A DNA stretch of 64,000 bases, taken from Dehalococcoidia bacterium. Lineage in GTDB: Bacteria; Chloroflexota; Dehalococcoidia; GIF9; AB-539-J10. Position 1 is the stretch's first letter, and the number at the start of each line of letters is the position of its first letter. Both the position numbers and the translations under genes were made by a program. Location: the NCBI GenBank assembly GCA_003552125.1, contig PUON01000081.1:4417-68416 (forward strand). The letters run 5' to 3'. A model generated the notes under the pieces. That model ran no database searches and was not told the origin of the DNA. It worked only from the letters and a program-made list of their open reading frames with translations. Of the stretch, positions 41,443 through 51,450 are shown one piece after another.

Positions 41443-42252
41443 ATGGCGGAATTGAGAATGGTTGTCTGCTGCAAACAGACACTTGATCCGGAGGCTCCAC
41501 CTGCGTCCTTCAAGATAGATCCCTCAGGCAACAGAATGACACTGCCTTCGGACATCAAACCAGTGATTGGCCAGTATGATGAATTCGCACTCGAGGCGGC
41601 TCTCCGCTTGAAGGATTCCGGCGGCGGCACCATCACTGTGCTAAGTCTTGGTAACAAACTGGTGAGGGACGTTATCAAGAAGTCGCTCGCAGTCGGGGCG
41701 GATGAACTTGTACTGCTTGAGGATCCGTCATTCGAGGACAGCGATAGCTGGTCAACTGCGTATGCTCTGTCGCTTGCAGCCAGGAAGCTGGAAGGATTTG
41801 ATGTCATATTCTGTGGCAGGCAGTCTTCAGACATGGATTCAGGCCAGGTAGGATTAGGCCTGGCTGAACTGCTTGGCCTTCCTGTAGTCACTCTTGCGAG
41901 AAAGGTCGAGAGGATCGACGGAGGACTGAAGATCGAACAGGTGATACCTGACGGCTATCAGGTGGTCGAAGTCCCGACACCTGCCGTGGTGACCGTAACC
42001 AGCGAGCTAGGCAATCTGCGATATGCGGTACTCAAGGGCATCATGGCCGCAGCGAAGAAGCAACCAATCATCTGGACACCGTCCGATCTCGGAGTTGATT
42101 CAACCGAGGTCGGTGCAGCTGGCCGGAAACTCGATATACAGAGGATGTATCAACCGGTCAAAGAGGCGCGGTGTGAGATCATTGACGGCGAGTCCTCCGC
42201 TGAGGCCGGCGCCAACCTTGCCACGAGACTACGTGAGGCGAAGGTTATCTAG
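41443..42252 (+). CDS. etfB: electron transfer flavoprotein beta subunit
   Basis: MAELRMVVCCKQTLDPEAP... shows the ETF-beta fold. AAGGAGG 9 nt upstream; the track ORF begins at 41317. Confidence 0.88.
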   Translation: MAELRMVVCCKQTLDPEAPPASFKIDPSGNRMTLPSDIKPVIGQYDEFALEAALRLKDSGGGTITVLSLGNKLVRDVIKKSLAVGADELVLLEDPSFEDSDSWSTAYALSLAARKLEGFDVIFCGRQSSDMDSGQVGLGLAELLGLPVVTLARKVERIDGGLKIEQVIPDGYQVVEVPTPAVVTVTSELGNLRYAVLKGIMAAAKKQPIIWTPSDLGVDSTEVGAAGRKLDIQRMYQPVKEARCEIIDGESSAEAGANLATRLREAKVI

Positions 42253-42278
42253 ACTCCCTACAGGAGGAGAGCACGACG

Positions 42279-43274
42279 ATGGAAGATAAGACAGGCGTAC
42301 TGGTGTACGGAGAACTGGCCGGAACGAAGCTTGCGGGCACCACCTGCGAGCTCCTGGAGTGCGGCAGGCGGCTGGCTGCAGATCTCGGACAGAGACTTGC
42401 CTGCGTTCTCGTCGGAGAAGTAAGCGACACCGCGGCCGCCGAAGCGGCCGCGCGAGGAGCAGCTACAGTGTACGTCGCCTCTATCCCGCAGGAATGCGCA
42501 TTCGATGGCGACGTCCATGTTGCCGCAGCCGCAGCGGCAGTCGCAACTGCAGAGCCTGGCATCGTACTACTGGGCCACACACCACTGGGTAGAGAGATAG
42601 GCCCACGACTCGCATTTCGCCTTGGGGCAGCAGTGAGCACCGACTGTATAGATCTGAGAATCGACCCGGATTCAGGTAAGCTGATCATGACGAAGCCAGT
42701 CTACGGCGGTAATGCGCTCCTCGATAGCGTTGCACAGACTGCACCACAACTGGCTACCGTACGGGCAAAGGCCATGCCCACTGGTGAACCCACCGCCGAA
42801 AACACACCAAACGTTGTGCACCTCAGCTTCGAAATGCCGACGACCAGGCTGACCATTACAGACCGCGTCCAGGAAGAGGTAGAAGGTGTCAAGCTTGAGG
42901 ATGCGCCAATCGTCGTCAGCGGTGGCAGAGGGGTGGGAGGCCCCGAACCGTTTACCACCATACTCCAGGATCTCGCGGCCGTACTGCACGGTGCCGTGGG
43001 AGCTTCACGTCCTGCCTGTGATAATGGCTGGGCGCCCGAGGCCATGCACATAGGCCTCACCGGGAAGATCGTTGCCCCTGACATCTACATTGCAGTCGCG
43101 ATTTCAGGCGCCAGTCAGCACATGTCCGGCTGTGCGGGCTCTAAGACAATCATTGCCATCAACAAGGACGCCGAAGCGAACATATTCCGCGAGGCTGCCT
43201 ATGGTGTAGTCGGTCGATACGAGGATGTCGTCCCCGCATTCACCGCCAGGCTTCGTGAGTTGCTCGCAGACTGA
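42279..43274 (+). CDS. etfA: electron transfer flavoprotein alpha subunit
   Basis: C-terminal FAD-binding region PDIYIAVAISGASQHMSGCAGSKTIIAINKD. Confidence 0.9.
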   Translation: MEDKTGVLVYGELAGTKLAGTTCELLECGRRLAADLGQRLACVLVGEVSDTAAAEAAARGAATVYVASIPQECAFDGDVHVAAAAAAVATAEPGIVLLGHTPLGREIGPRLAFRLGAAVSTDCIDLRIDPDSGKLIMTKPVYGGNALLDSVAQTAPQLATVRAKAMPTGEPTAENTPNVVHLSFEMPTTRLTITDRVQEEVEGVKLEDAPIVVSGGRGVGGPEPFTTILQDLAAVLHGAVGASRPACDNGWAPEAMHIGLTGKIVAPDIYIAVAISGASQHMSGCAGSKTIIAINKDAEANIFREAAYGVVGRYEDVVPAFTARLRELLAD

Positions 43275-43300
43275 CAGTCAGGCTCAAGGAATGTATACGA

Positions 43301-43332
43301 GAATTTGCGCGGCTGTCCAACCGCGCAAATTC
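43301..43332. terminator. bidirectional hairpin terminator between etfA and the EF-G paralog
   Basis: gaatttgcgcgg-ctgtccaa-ccgcgcaaattc, a perfect 12-bp stem at a convergent junction. Confidence 0.6.
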
Positions 43333-43357
43333 TTACATGTGTCTCTATTCAACTCGT

Positions 43358-45388
43358 CTAGTCAGACTTCTGAGACTGTTTAGCGATGATCTTCTGGCTT
43401 AGATGCGCGGGTACCTCTTCGTAGTGGCTGAATTCCATATCGAATTCACCTCTACCCTGCAGCATCGATCGCAGATCGATCGCATATCGAAGCAACTCAG
43501 AATATGGCACCTGCGCGGAGATGACATTGTAGCCACCTCCAGGATTCATGCCCTGCACCCTGCCACGTTTAGTGTTCAGATCACTGATTACGTCACCAGT
43601 CATGCCTTCCGGCACGCTGATGCTGACGTTCATAATCGGCTCGAGGAGTACCGGTTGGCCCTGCTGTAAGCCTTTCTTCAACGCCTGCGCCGCAGCGATC
43701 TTGAAGGCGATATCGGATGAGTCGACGGGATGGAAGCTACCGTCGTAGACAATCACCTTAATGTCCACAAGAGGAAAACCTGCCAGCACCCCCTCATGCC
43801 GAGCCTCGTTGATTCCCTTCTCAACAGATGGAAGGAAATTCGATGGGATAGCCCCACCAACGATCTTCGTCTCGTATTCGAACCCTCCCCCCTTGGGTAG
43901 CGGTTGTAGCTCAAGGAGGACATGACCGTACTGCCCGTGACCGCCAGTCTGTTTCTTGTGTTTGTATTCCGCCTTGGTCGGTACAGTCACCGTCTCCTTA
44001 TACGGCACCGCCGGCGGTGTCAAGACAACCTTGACTCCGAACTTTCGGCTCATCTTGTCTTTGACGACTTCGAGATGCGTATCCCCAACACCAGACAACA
44101 GATTCTCTCCTGTGTCAGGATCGCGCTTCAGCACCAGCGATGGGTCTTCTTCGATCATCCGGGGAAGAATGGTGCTCATCTTGTCCAGGTCACCCTTTGA
44201 CTCAGGATGCACCGCCATGCTGTACGTAGCTTTGGGGAAGACAATGCCCGCAAGTGCCTTATGGTCCTTAGCGCCCAGAGTGTCGCCAGTGGCGGTGACC
44301 CCGAGCTTCGCCACAGCACCAATATCACCTGCTGTCACTTTGGAGACAGTGGTCTGGTGTTTGCCCATAGGCACGAATAACTGCCCTATACGTTCCATTG
44401 AGCCCCTACTCAAGTTGGCAACCTGAGAGTTACTCGCTATCTCTCCCGAGAAGACACGGAAGTAGCTGACCTTGCCAGTAAATGGGTCCGCAGTCGTCTT
44501 GAACACCAGTGCAAGAGGAGCACCGGATGGATCACACTCGACCTGAGCTGCAGCTACCTGACGTTCCAAAGGAGAGGGCAACAGAGAGCACAGTGTGTCC
44601 ATTATCGTATCCACACCCGTGTTCTTGCTCGCTGACAGAACTATCACCGGAACGGCAATCCGCTCGCTAGTGGCACGGCGCAACGCACCCTGGATTTCGC
44701 TGGTAGATAACTCCTCACCATCAAGATACTTCGTCATGAGATCATCGTCGGCCTCGACCACGATCTCAATGAGGTTCTCGCGCAATGCAAGCGCCTGATC
44801 ATTGAGCTCCGCAGGCACATCCAGCTCGTCTCCCTGGACAATCGCCTTCATGGTGACGAGGTCGACGTAGCCGCGAAAATCGGACTGGGCACCTACAGGG
44901 AGGTGAATGGCCACGCAACGACTAGAAAGATTGGACTGAATGTCGCTAAGCGTCTTACCGAAATCGGCATTTTCCCGGTCCATCTTGCCCACGGCCACAA
45001 TCGCGGGCACATCCGCCTCACGAGAGTATGCCCACGCCACTTCAGTACCGACCTCAACAGAGTTCGTCGCACAGACGGTAACCACAGCCGCATCGGCGAC
45101 CCTCAGCGCAGCCTTCACCTCTCCACCAAAGTCCATGTACCCAGGGGTATCGAGAATGTTGATCTTATGCCCCTTCCACTCCAGAGGCAGCAACGCAAGA
45201 TTCAGGCTCATATGGCGTTCGACTTCGCTCGGATCATAGTCCGATACAGCCGTGCCGTCATCGACGTTTCCGAGCCGCTTAATTGCTCCAGAACGGAACG
45301 CCATTGCCTCGGCCAGCGTGGTCTTGCCACTCCCGTAGTGGCCAATCAACGCAACGTTGCGTATCTTGTCGGGAGAATATAGTTCCAC
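43358..45388 (-). CDS. elongation factor G paralog (EF-G2-like translational GTPase)
   Basis: N-terminus IRNVALIGHYGSGKTTLAEAM resembles the Thermus EF-G-2 class rather than canonical fusA. The five-domain length (676 aa) is typical. Not in an rpsL-rpsG-fusA-tuf context. GTG start 8 nt after AAGGAG. Confidence 0.85.
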   Translation of the reverse strand: MELYSPDKIRNVALIGHYGSGKTTLAEAMAFRSGAIKRLGNVDDGTAVSDYDPSEVERHMSLNLALLPLEWKGHKINILDTPGYMDFGGEVKAALRVADAAVVTVCATNSVEVGTEVAWAYSREADVPAIVAVGKMDRENADFGKTLSDIQSNLSSRCVAIHLPVGAQSDFRGYVDLVTMKAIVQGDELDVPAELNDQALALRENLIEIVVEADDDLMTKYLDGEELSTSEIQGALRRATSERIAVPVIVLSASKNTGVDTIMDTLCSLLPSPLERQVAAAQVECDPSGAPLALVFKTTADPFTGKVSYFRVFSGEIASNSQVANLSRGSMERIGQLFVPMGKHQTTVSKVTAGDIGAVAKLGVTATGDTLGAKDHKALAGIVFPKATYSMAVHPESKGDLDKMSTILPRMIEEDPSLVLKRDPDTGENLLSGVGDTHLEVVKDKMSRKFGVKVVLTPPAVPYKETVTVPTKAEYKHKKQTGGHGQYGHVLLELQPLPKGGGFEYETKIVGGAIPSNFLPSVEKGINEARHEGVLAGFPLVDIKVIVYDGSFHPVDSSDIAFKIAAAQALKKGLQQGQPVLLEPIMNVSISVPEGMTGDVISDLNTKRGRVQGMNPGGGYNVISAQVPYSELLRYAIDLRSMLQGRGEFDMEFSHYEEVPAHLSQKIIAKQSQKSD

Positions 45389-45471
45389 AGCAGCACTCCT
45401 TTTGGTGACTTCAGCGGTCTTACGACGTAACGAATCAGATTATACGAGTAGCACCTGCAGCTTAGCAAGAA

Positions 45472-45500
45472 TTGCGAGTAGCCGGAGCCGATGTTACAAT
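45472..45500 (+). promoter_or_regulatory. putative promoter for gatCA
   Basis: TTGCGA-17 nt-TACAAT. It overlaps the 45491 track ATG, which argues for the 45521 start of gatC. Confidence 0.35.
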
Positions 45501-45520
45501 GCCGCAGTCCGCCTCATCAC

Positions 45521-45805
45521 ATGCTATCTAACGAACAGGTCCGCCACATCGCATGGCTCGCGCGCCTCGGAGTTACCGACGCCGAGGTCGAGCGATTTCG
45601 GGACGATCTGTCGATCGTTCTGGAACACTTCCATGCGCTCGGTGAGGTTAACACGGACCACGTGCCTGCTGCCGCGCACGCCAGCAGGCTCCAGAACGTA
45701 TTCCGTGAGGATGTCCCACAACCATCGCTCCCCTTCGACGAGGTCCTCGCCAATGCTCCATCCACTCAGGATAGCTGCTTGAGAGTTCCGCCCATCCTGG
45801 AATAG
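45521..45805 (+). CDS. gatC: Asp-tRNA(Asn)/Glu-tRNA(Gln) amidotransferase subunit C
   Basis: MLSNEQVRHIAWLARLGVTDAEVERF... is the GatC signature. Confidence 0.85.
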   Translation: MLSNEQVRHIAWLARLGVTDAEVERFRDDLSIVLEHFHALGEVNTDHVPAAAHASRLQNVFREDVPQPSLPFDEVLANAPSTQDSCLRVPPILE

Positions 45806-45841
45806 TCCGATGCGGCAAGCGGACACGAAAGGAACGACGTA

Positions 45842-47305
45842 ATGGCTGGCGATCAACTCCACCAACTGCGACTCCACGAGGCGCGGAGACTGCTCGAGTC
45901 TCATGAGCTATCCGCACGCGATCTCACGGAGGCATGTCTAGCAAGACTTGATAGTGTGGAACCATACGTCAAGGCAATGATTTCTGTGTGCGCTGAGGAG
46001 GCCTTGCAACAGGCGTCAGCTGCTGACCGCATGCGTGCAGCAGGCAAAGCGAAGCCTCTGACGGGCATTCCATTTATCGCCAAGGATCTCCTCTGTACGC
46101 GTGGTGTTAGGACCACCTGCGGTTCAAGAATGCTTGAGAACTTCGTGCCACCGCACAACGCAACTGTCATAGATAGGTTACTCGAACAGGGATCAGTGCT
46201 TATCGGCAAGACCAATATGGATGAGTTCGCCATGGGCTCATCGACTGAGCATTCTGCCTTCTATCCATCGTGCAATCCGTGGAACCTCGACTGTGTTCCC
46301 GGCGGTAGCAGTGGTGGTTCCGCGGCCGGTCTCGCCGCCGGGGAAGCGCTGTTCGCGCTCGGAACAGATACAGGCGGCAGCATACGTCAGCCTGCCAGTT
46401 TTTGTGGAGTTGTGGGCATGAAGCCCACCTACGGCAGAGTCAGCAGATACGGTGCCGTGGCATTCGCAAGTTCACTCGATCAAATCGGGCCTCTCACGAG
46501 GGATATCCAGGATTGCGCTGTCGTGATGAACGTGATTGCAGGCCAGTGCGAGAAGGACTCGACATCCGCGCCGATCGAAGTCCCCGACTACACTGCTTTC
46601 CTTGGACGCGGTGTTCAGGGTCTTCGCATCGGTGTACCGCAGGAATACTTTGTCGAAGGGCTGCAGCCCGACGTCAGACGGACCATCGAGGATGCAATAC
46701 ACGAACTCGAGAATATGGGCGCAACCATCCGCAGAGACATCTCGTTGCCATCGACCAAGTATGCACTTGCGGCATACTACATCATCGCACCCTCAGAGGC
46801 CTCGGCCAACCTGGCCAGATTCGACGGCGTACGATACGGGTTCTCACGCCAGCTCGCCACCACCGAAGAGTCGGTACTGGCTACGCGCGGGGAGGGCTTC
46901 GGCGCCGAGGTCAAGCGACGCATAATGCTCGGGACGCATGCATTATCCTCTGGTTACTATGACGCCTACTATGTCAAGGCCCTGAAGGTGCGCCATATCA
47001 TCCGTGAGGAGTTTCGCCAGGCCTTTGAGCAGTGCGATCTGCTTGCTATGCCCACATCTCCCACAGTGGCGTTTCCGATAGGTTCCAAGATCCACGATTT
47101 GATGCAGATGTACCTGAGCGATATTCTTACCATCCCCGCCAATATAGCGGGTATCCCGGCATTATCCCTTCCATGCGGGTTCGCACATGGACTACCCGTA
47201 GGCCTGCAGTTGATGGCCAGCAGCTTCAGAGAGGACTTGTTGCTCCAGGTTGGTCATGCATTTCAGCAGGCCTCGGAATGGCACCTGAAACAACCTTTGT
47301 TGTAG
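45842..47305 (+). CDS. gatA: Asp-tRNA(Asn)/Glu-tRNA(Gln) amidotransferase subunit A
   Basis: Amidase signature GGSSGGSAAGLAAG...GTDTGGSIRQPA. Confidence 0.92.
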   Translation: MAGDQLHQLRLHEARRLLESHELSARDLTEACLARLDSVEPYVKAMISVCAEEALQQASAADRMRAAGKAKPLTGIPFIAKDLLCTRGVRTTCGSRMLENFVPPHNATVIDRLLEQGSVLIGKTNMDEFAMGSSTEHSAFYPSCNPWNLDCVPGGSSGGSAAGLAAGEALFALGTDTGGSIRQPASFCGVVGMKPTYGRVSRYGAVAFASSLDQIGPLTRDIQDCAVVMNVIAGQCEKDSTSAPIEVPDYTAFLGRGVQGLRIGVPQEYFVEGLQPDVRRTIEDAIHELENMGATIRRDISLPSTKYALAAYYIIAPSEASANLARFDGVRYGFSRQLATTEESVLATRGEGFGAEVKRRIMLGTHALSSGYYDAYYVKALKVRHIIREEFRQAFEQCDLLAMPTSPTVAFPIGSKIHDLMQMYLSDILTIPANIAGIPALSLPCGFAHGLPVGLQLMASSFREDLLLQVGHAFQQASEWHLKQPLL

Positions 47306-47375
47306 AGGAGAGCATCTGTCTCCAGCGCAAACCGGGCGCATCCGATTTTGAGCAGCATCGAGACTTGAAGGAACC

Positions 47376-47900
47376 ATGGAGGAAGAAGCAGTCACTCAGG
47401 CATCGCGCAGAGCGATGGAGATGGAGAGCCAGTTCTGGGGTTGTTCTCAGGCGGTTCTTGGCGCGCTCCAGGATTCCCTCGACATCGGCAACATTGAGTC
47501 GTTCAGGGCAGGAACGATCCTTTCTGCGGGCGTCGCGAGACGCGGGGAGACATGTGGTGCACTCATCGGTGCCCTGATGGCACTCGGCATCGAGTGCGGC
47601 AGGAGCCGGATGCAGGACAGAGAGGACTACAGCCAGGCCATGGAGCACGCGCAGGATATCGTCGACGCATTCAAGGACGGGATCCGGGCGCACTACAACA
47701 TCGCCGAGCCTCTTCAATCCACCCTGTGCCCTGAGATCCAGACAAATCTGTACGGTCGCGCATTTACCTTCGCCGAGCCTTCGGAACGCCAAGCGTTCAA
47801 TGACGCAGGTGGCCATGATCCCGAGGGATGTCCGCGAGTATGTGCCATTGCCGCGGCAGCAACGGCTCGGAAGATACTGGAGTTGAGAGAAAGGCGCTAG
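47376..47900 (+). CDS. C_GCAxxG_C_C family protein (putative redox-active protein)
   Basis: CGALIGALMALG (C-G-A-x-x-G) core with flanking Cys residues. Family name is from memory. Confidence 0.6.
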   Translation: MEEEAVTQASRRAMEMESQFWGCSQAVLGALQDSLDIGNIESFRAGTILSAGVARRGETCGALIGALMALGIECGRSRMQDREDYSQAMEHAQDIVDAFKDGIRAHYNIAEPLQSTLCPEIQTNLYGRAFTFAEPSERQAFNDAGGHDPEGCPRVCAIAAAATARKILELRERR

Positions 47901-48874
47901 GGCAGCAGATTCATCGCCGTCTTGACTTCGCGGATAGTCTCGCGAGCCACATTTGCCGCACGCCCGGCCCCATCCTGTACAACCTCGCGGACATACTCTG
48001 GCCGGGCCTGTAGTTCAAGACGCCGTTCTCTGAACGGTGCGAAGTAGTCGATTACCGATTCGGCGAGCAGCCTCTTGCAGTCCGTACAACCGATGCCGGC
48101 GTTCCGGCACTCCCTTTCGATCTCGGCAACACGGCCTGCTGTGAACATTTTATGCAGAGTAAATACATTACACACTTCGGGATGTCCGGGGTCGGTGCGG
48201 TACTTACGTGCGGGATCGGTAAAGGCGCTGCTGATCTTCTTCCTGATGTCCTCAGGTGAGGCGGCAATCTCGATGTAGTTGTCCGCGCTCTTGCTCATCT
48301 TCTCAGCGCCATTCAAGCCAACAATCATAGGGAATTCAGTGAGTTTCGCCTGAGGCTCGGGAAACACGTTGCCAAAAATCGAGTTGAAACGCCTTACGAT
48401 CTCGCGCGCGAGCTCAAGGTGCGGCAACTGATCCTCACCAACGGGCACCACCTCACCTTTGTAGAGCGCAATGTCGGATGTCATCAGCACGGGATAGCCT
48501 ACAAGACCATAATTCACATTTTCCGGATGCATCCGGACTTTCTCTTTGAAAGTGGGAACCCGCAGCAGCCAGCTGAGAGGTGTAACCATGCTCATCAGCA
48601 TATGCAACTCGGTGACTTCCGGCACATGGGATTGAACAAATACAACGCTCTTCTGAGGATCAATACCAGCCGCGAGCCAGTCGAGGACCATATTGTGGAC
48701 ATCCTCCCTGAGCGTTACGGTGTTCTCAAGGGTGGTCAACGCATGGAGATCGACGACGCAGTAGAAGCACTCGTACTCCTCCTGGAGCTGGAGGCAATTC
48801 TGGATCGTACCGAAGTAGTTCCCGATGTGCTGGCGACCAGTGGGGCGAAATCCCGAAAACACACGCTTGGACAT
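47897..48874 (-). CDS. trpS: tryptophan--tRNA ligase
   Basis: VFSGFRPTGRQHIGNY (HIGH-like) and KMSKS. The 3' end overlaps the previous gene by 4 nt (convergent). Start at 48874; the track ORF extends to 48916. Confidence 0.88.
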   Translation of the reverse strand: MSKRVFSGFRPTGRQHIGNYFGTIQNCLQLQEEYECFYCVVDLHALTTLENTVTLREDVHNMVLDWLAAGIDPQKSVVFVQSHVPEVTELHMLMSMVTPLSWLLRVPTFKEKVRMHPENVNYGLVGYPVLMTSDIALYKGEVVPVGEDQLPHLELAREIVRRFNSIFGNVFPEPQAKLTEFPMIVGLNGAEKMSKSADNYIEIAASPEDIRKKISSAFTDPARKYRTDPGHPEVCNVFTLHKMFTAGRVAEIERECRNAGIGCTDCKRLLAESVIDYFAPFRERRLELQARPEYVREVVQDGAGRAANVARETIREVKTAMNLLP

Positions 48875-48905
48875 TGTCAGAATCCAGATATGAAAGCAAA
48901 GATAA

Positions 48906-48982
48906 TGGTAGCGCATACCGGATTCGAACCGGTGATCTCCTCCTTGAGAGGGAGGTGTCCTGGGCCGCTAGACGAATGCGCC
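48906..48982 (-). tRNA. tRNA-Glu (anticodon CTC), CCA encoded
   Basis: Minus-strand cloverleaf: acceptor GGCGCAT/ATGCGCT (G1-U72); D arm GTCT-AGCGGCCCAGG-GGAC, identical in architecture to E. coli tRNA-Glu; anticodon stem CCTCC/GGAGG with loop CTCTCAA; T arm ACCGG-TTCGAAT-CCGGT; ACCA 3' end. Confidence 0.88.
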
Positions 48983-49031
48983 ACCGAAACGACCGCCACA
49001 AGTTTATTCTGTCGCGAGTACGCGAGTCAAG

Positions 49032-50657
49032 CTACAAAGGAAGATGTACCTGACTCCCGGGTGGCACGGTGCGAACTGCCGCTTTCATGAACTCGCGAAA
49101 GAGAGGGTGTGGTTGATCAGGCCGCGACTTGAACTCCGGATGAAACTGGCAACCCAGCATCCATGTATGCTGCTTGAGTTCTGCTATCTCGACCAGGGCA
49201 CCATCTTCGGACACTCCGCTGAAGAAGAGGCGATGCTGCAGGAGTTGGCGGAAGTCATTGTTAAACTCAAAACGATGACGATGTCGTTCATGTACCAGCT
49301 CGCATCCATAGGCGGACGATGCCCGGGTGCCGGGAACCAGGCGACACGGATAGCTGCCCAATCTCATCGTGCCACCCATACGGTCAACGCTACGCTGGTC
49401 AGGCAGAAGATCGATCACAGGGTACTGCGTCGAAGGATCAAATTCGGTGGAGTTCACACATTCTGTTCCGAAAGTGGCACGTGCAATCTCTATCACGAGC
49501 ACCTGCATGCCGAGACACAATCCGAGGTACGGTATGTTATTTACCCTCGCGTATCTTGCCGCCTGAATCATCCCTTCAATGCCACGCATTCCGAAACCAC
49601 CGGGCACCACGATTCCCTGCGCGGCGGACAGCATCGCATCCACGTTTTCGGGCGTCAAATGATCAGACTGCACCCAGAAGATCTTGAGCTTGCGATTATG
49701 AAAGAGGGCAGCATGTTTCAGCGCTTCCCTTACCGAAAGATAGGTATCTTCCACTTCGACGTACTTGCCAACCAGCGCGATGGACACAACCTCTTCAGCT
49801 TCGCGCAATCGTGACACCAGATTGTGCCACACAGCGAGGTCACAGTCAGCGTCAGGAAGCCCAAGGCCTCTGGCAATCAGTCCGCCAACTCCGGCATCAG
49901 CCAATACCAATGGCACCTCATATATGCTCTCGACGGTGGGTAACGGGACCACAGCTTCAGCAGGCACATCACAGAACAGCCCTACTTTGTCACGCAACTC
50001 TTCGGGCATCGGAAGGTCACTTCTGCACACGATAATATCCGGCTGGATACCCATGCTCCGCAATTCACGGACACTGTGCTGGGTGGGCTTGGTCTTCAGT
50101 TCTCCGGTTGAGGCAAGGTGGGGAAGGTAGGTTACGTGAACGTACATGACGTTCTGTCTGCCGACATCCTTGCGAATCTGTCTGATAGCTTCGATGAACG
50201 GCTGCCCCTCGATATCTCCAACGGTGCCGCCGATTTCGGTAATCAGCACATCAGCCCCGAGGTTATTCGCACAACTGAGGACGAGTCTCTTGATCTCATC
50301 CGTAACATGTGGCACAACCTGGATCGTGCCACCCAAGAACCGGCCCTCTCGCTCCATGTTTATGACGGAGCTATATACACGACCTGACGTCGCATTAGCC
50401 TCGCACGACAGATCCACACCAATGAAGCGCTCGTAGTGACCAAGATCAAGGTCGGTCTCAGCACCATCCTCGGTTACGTACACCTCGCCGTGCTGATATG
50501 GAGACATGGTGCCAGGGTCGACATTCAAATACGGGTCGAGCTTCTGGACAGCAACGTTGACGCCGCGGGCTTTGAGGAGCGTGCCAATGGATGCGACGGT
50601 GATTCCTTTGCCAACTGAACTGACAACACCACCTGTAACAAAAATATGCTTAGCCAT
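49032..50657 (-). CDS. pyrG: CTP synthase
   Basis: MAKHIFVTGGVVSSVGKGI... and C-terminal class I GATase (GLCLGMQ, HRHR). TATAAT (complement of 50685-50690) lies upstream; the track ORF extends to 50795. Confidence 0.92.
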   Translation of the reverse strand: MAKHIFVTGGVVSSVGKGITVASIGTLLKARGVNVAVQKLDPYLNVDPGTMSPYQHGEVYVTEDGAETDLDLGHYERFIGVDLSCEANATSGRVYSSVINMEREGRFLGGTIQVVPHVTDEIKRLVLSCANNLGADVLITEIGGTVGDIEGQPFIEAIRQIRKDVGRQNVMYVHVTYLPHLASTGELKTKPTQHSVRELRSMGIQPDIIVCRSDLPMPEELRDKVGLFCDVPAEAVVPLPTVESIYEVPLVLADAGVGGLIARGLGLPDADCDLAVWHNLVSRLREAEEVVSIALVGKYVEVEDTYLSVREALKHAALFHNRKLKIFWVQSDHLTPENVDAMLSAAQGIVVPGGFGMRGIEGMIQAARYARVNNIPYLGLCLGMQVLVIEIARATFGTECVNSTEFDPSTQYPVIDLLPDQRSVDRMGGTMRLGSYPCRLVPGTRASSAYGCELVHERHRHRFEFNNDFRQLLQHRLFFSGVSEDGALVEIAELKQHTWMLGCQFHPEFKSRPDQPHPLFREFMKAAVRTVPPGSQVHLPL

Positions 50658-50858
50658 GCTTGTGGCGGAATACCGTCCGCCCGCATTATAGAAAGGTGTA
50701 TCTACGGGTGTCAACGACAGGCGTGAAATTGCCGCTAACGCGCTCATGCCACCGCATCTAACCGGCAATGCACACGCGCCTATATTGCCGTCCAATCACC
50801 GACAGCCAACCGCATCGGCGGTTCGAGTTGATCCTCTATAACTATACGCAGAGATCTC

Positions 50859-50887
50859 TTGACAGCGCTGTGTGCCGATGCTAGACT
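50859..50887 (+). promoter_or_regulatory. putative promoter of the glutamate-synthase-like gene cluster
   Basis: TTGACA-17 nt-TAGACT, 47 nt upstream of the ferredoxin gene start. Confidence 0.45.
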
Positions 50888-50933
50888 CATACGGCAACCG
50901 GTGGCCGGTCGCCGTTTTATTAGGAAGTGAGCT

Positions 50934-51401
50934 ATGAGACGGGTATTAGTGAAGGACGATCTCTGTATAGGATGTGGCTTATGCAGGGTATTCTGCGAGG
51001 CTCACCACGCGGGAAACGACGATCCGTTGAAGTCGCTCAAGCGCCGGCTTTCACCTCCCGCAGGTGGAATACGTGTGGAGTGCAACGGAATACGAAGCAT
51101 TTCTGTGCGGTGTCGCCATTGCGAGGACGCTCCATGTATTCAAGCCTGCCTGACAGGGGCGATGTACCGCGACTATGACAGCGGACTTGTGTTGATCGAT
51201 GCCGATCGCTGCGTCGGATGCGGAACATGCACCCTCGTGTGTCCATTCGGTGCAATACGCAAAGATGAACAGACCGGTATTGCCGTCAAGTGTGACGGTT
51301 GCCTTGATCGGGATATGCCCAGATGCGTCAATGCCTGTCCCAACGATGCACTCGTGATTGAGCTTAAGGCAGCTGTTTCAACGATCGCGACACCAGCCTG
51401 A
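50934..51401 (+). CDS. multi-cluster 4Fe-4S ferredoxin
   Basis: Four Cys clusters: CIGCGLCRVFC, CRHCEDAPCIQAC, CVGCGTCTLVCP and CDGCLDRDMPRCVNACP. AGGAAG lies upstream. Confidence 0.8.
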   Translation: MRRVLVKDDLCIGCGLCRVFCEAHHAGNDDPLKSLKRRLSPPAGGIRVECNGIRSISVRCRHCEDAPCIQACLTGAMYRDYDSGLVLIDADRCVGCGTCTLVCPFGAIRKDEQTGIAVKCDGCLDRDMPRCVNACPNDALVIELKAAVSTIATPA

Positions 51402-51450
51402 GACAGATACACGCAGTGTTTCGGAACTGACCGTGCAAGGAGGATACGGA

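Noticed and set aside
48983-49031. Independent promoter for tRNA-Glu (TTGACT-18-TAAACT on the minus strand at about 48990-49018)
   Set aside because: The -10 is weak and the element overlaps the pyrG stop codon region. Co-transcription with pyrG is equally plausible, so it is not listed as a feature.
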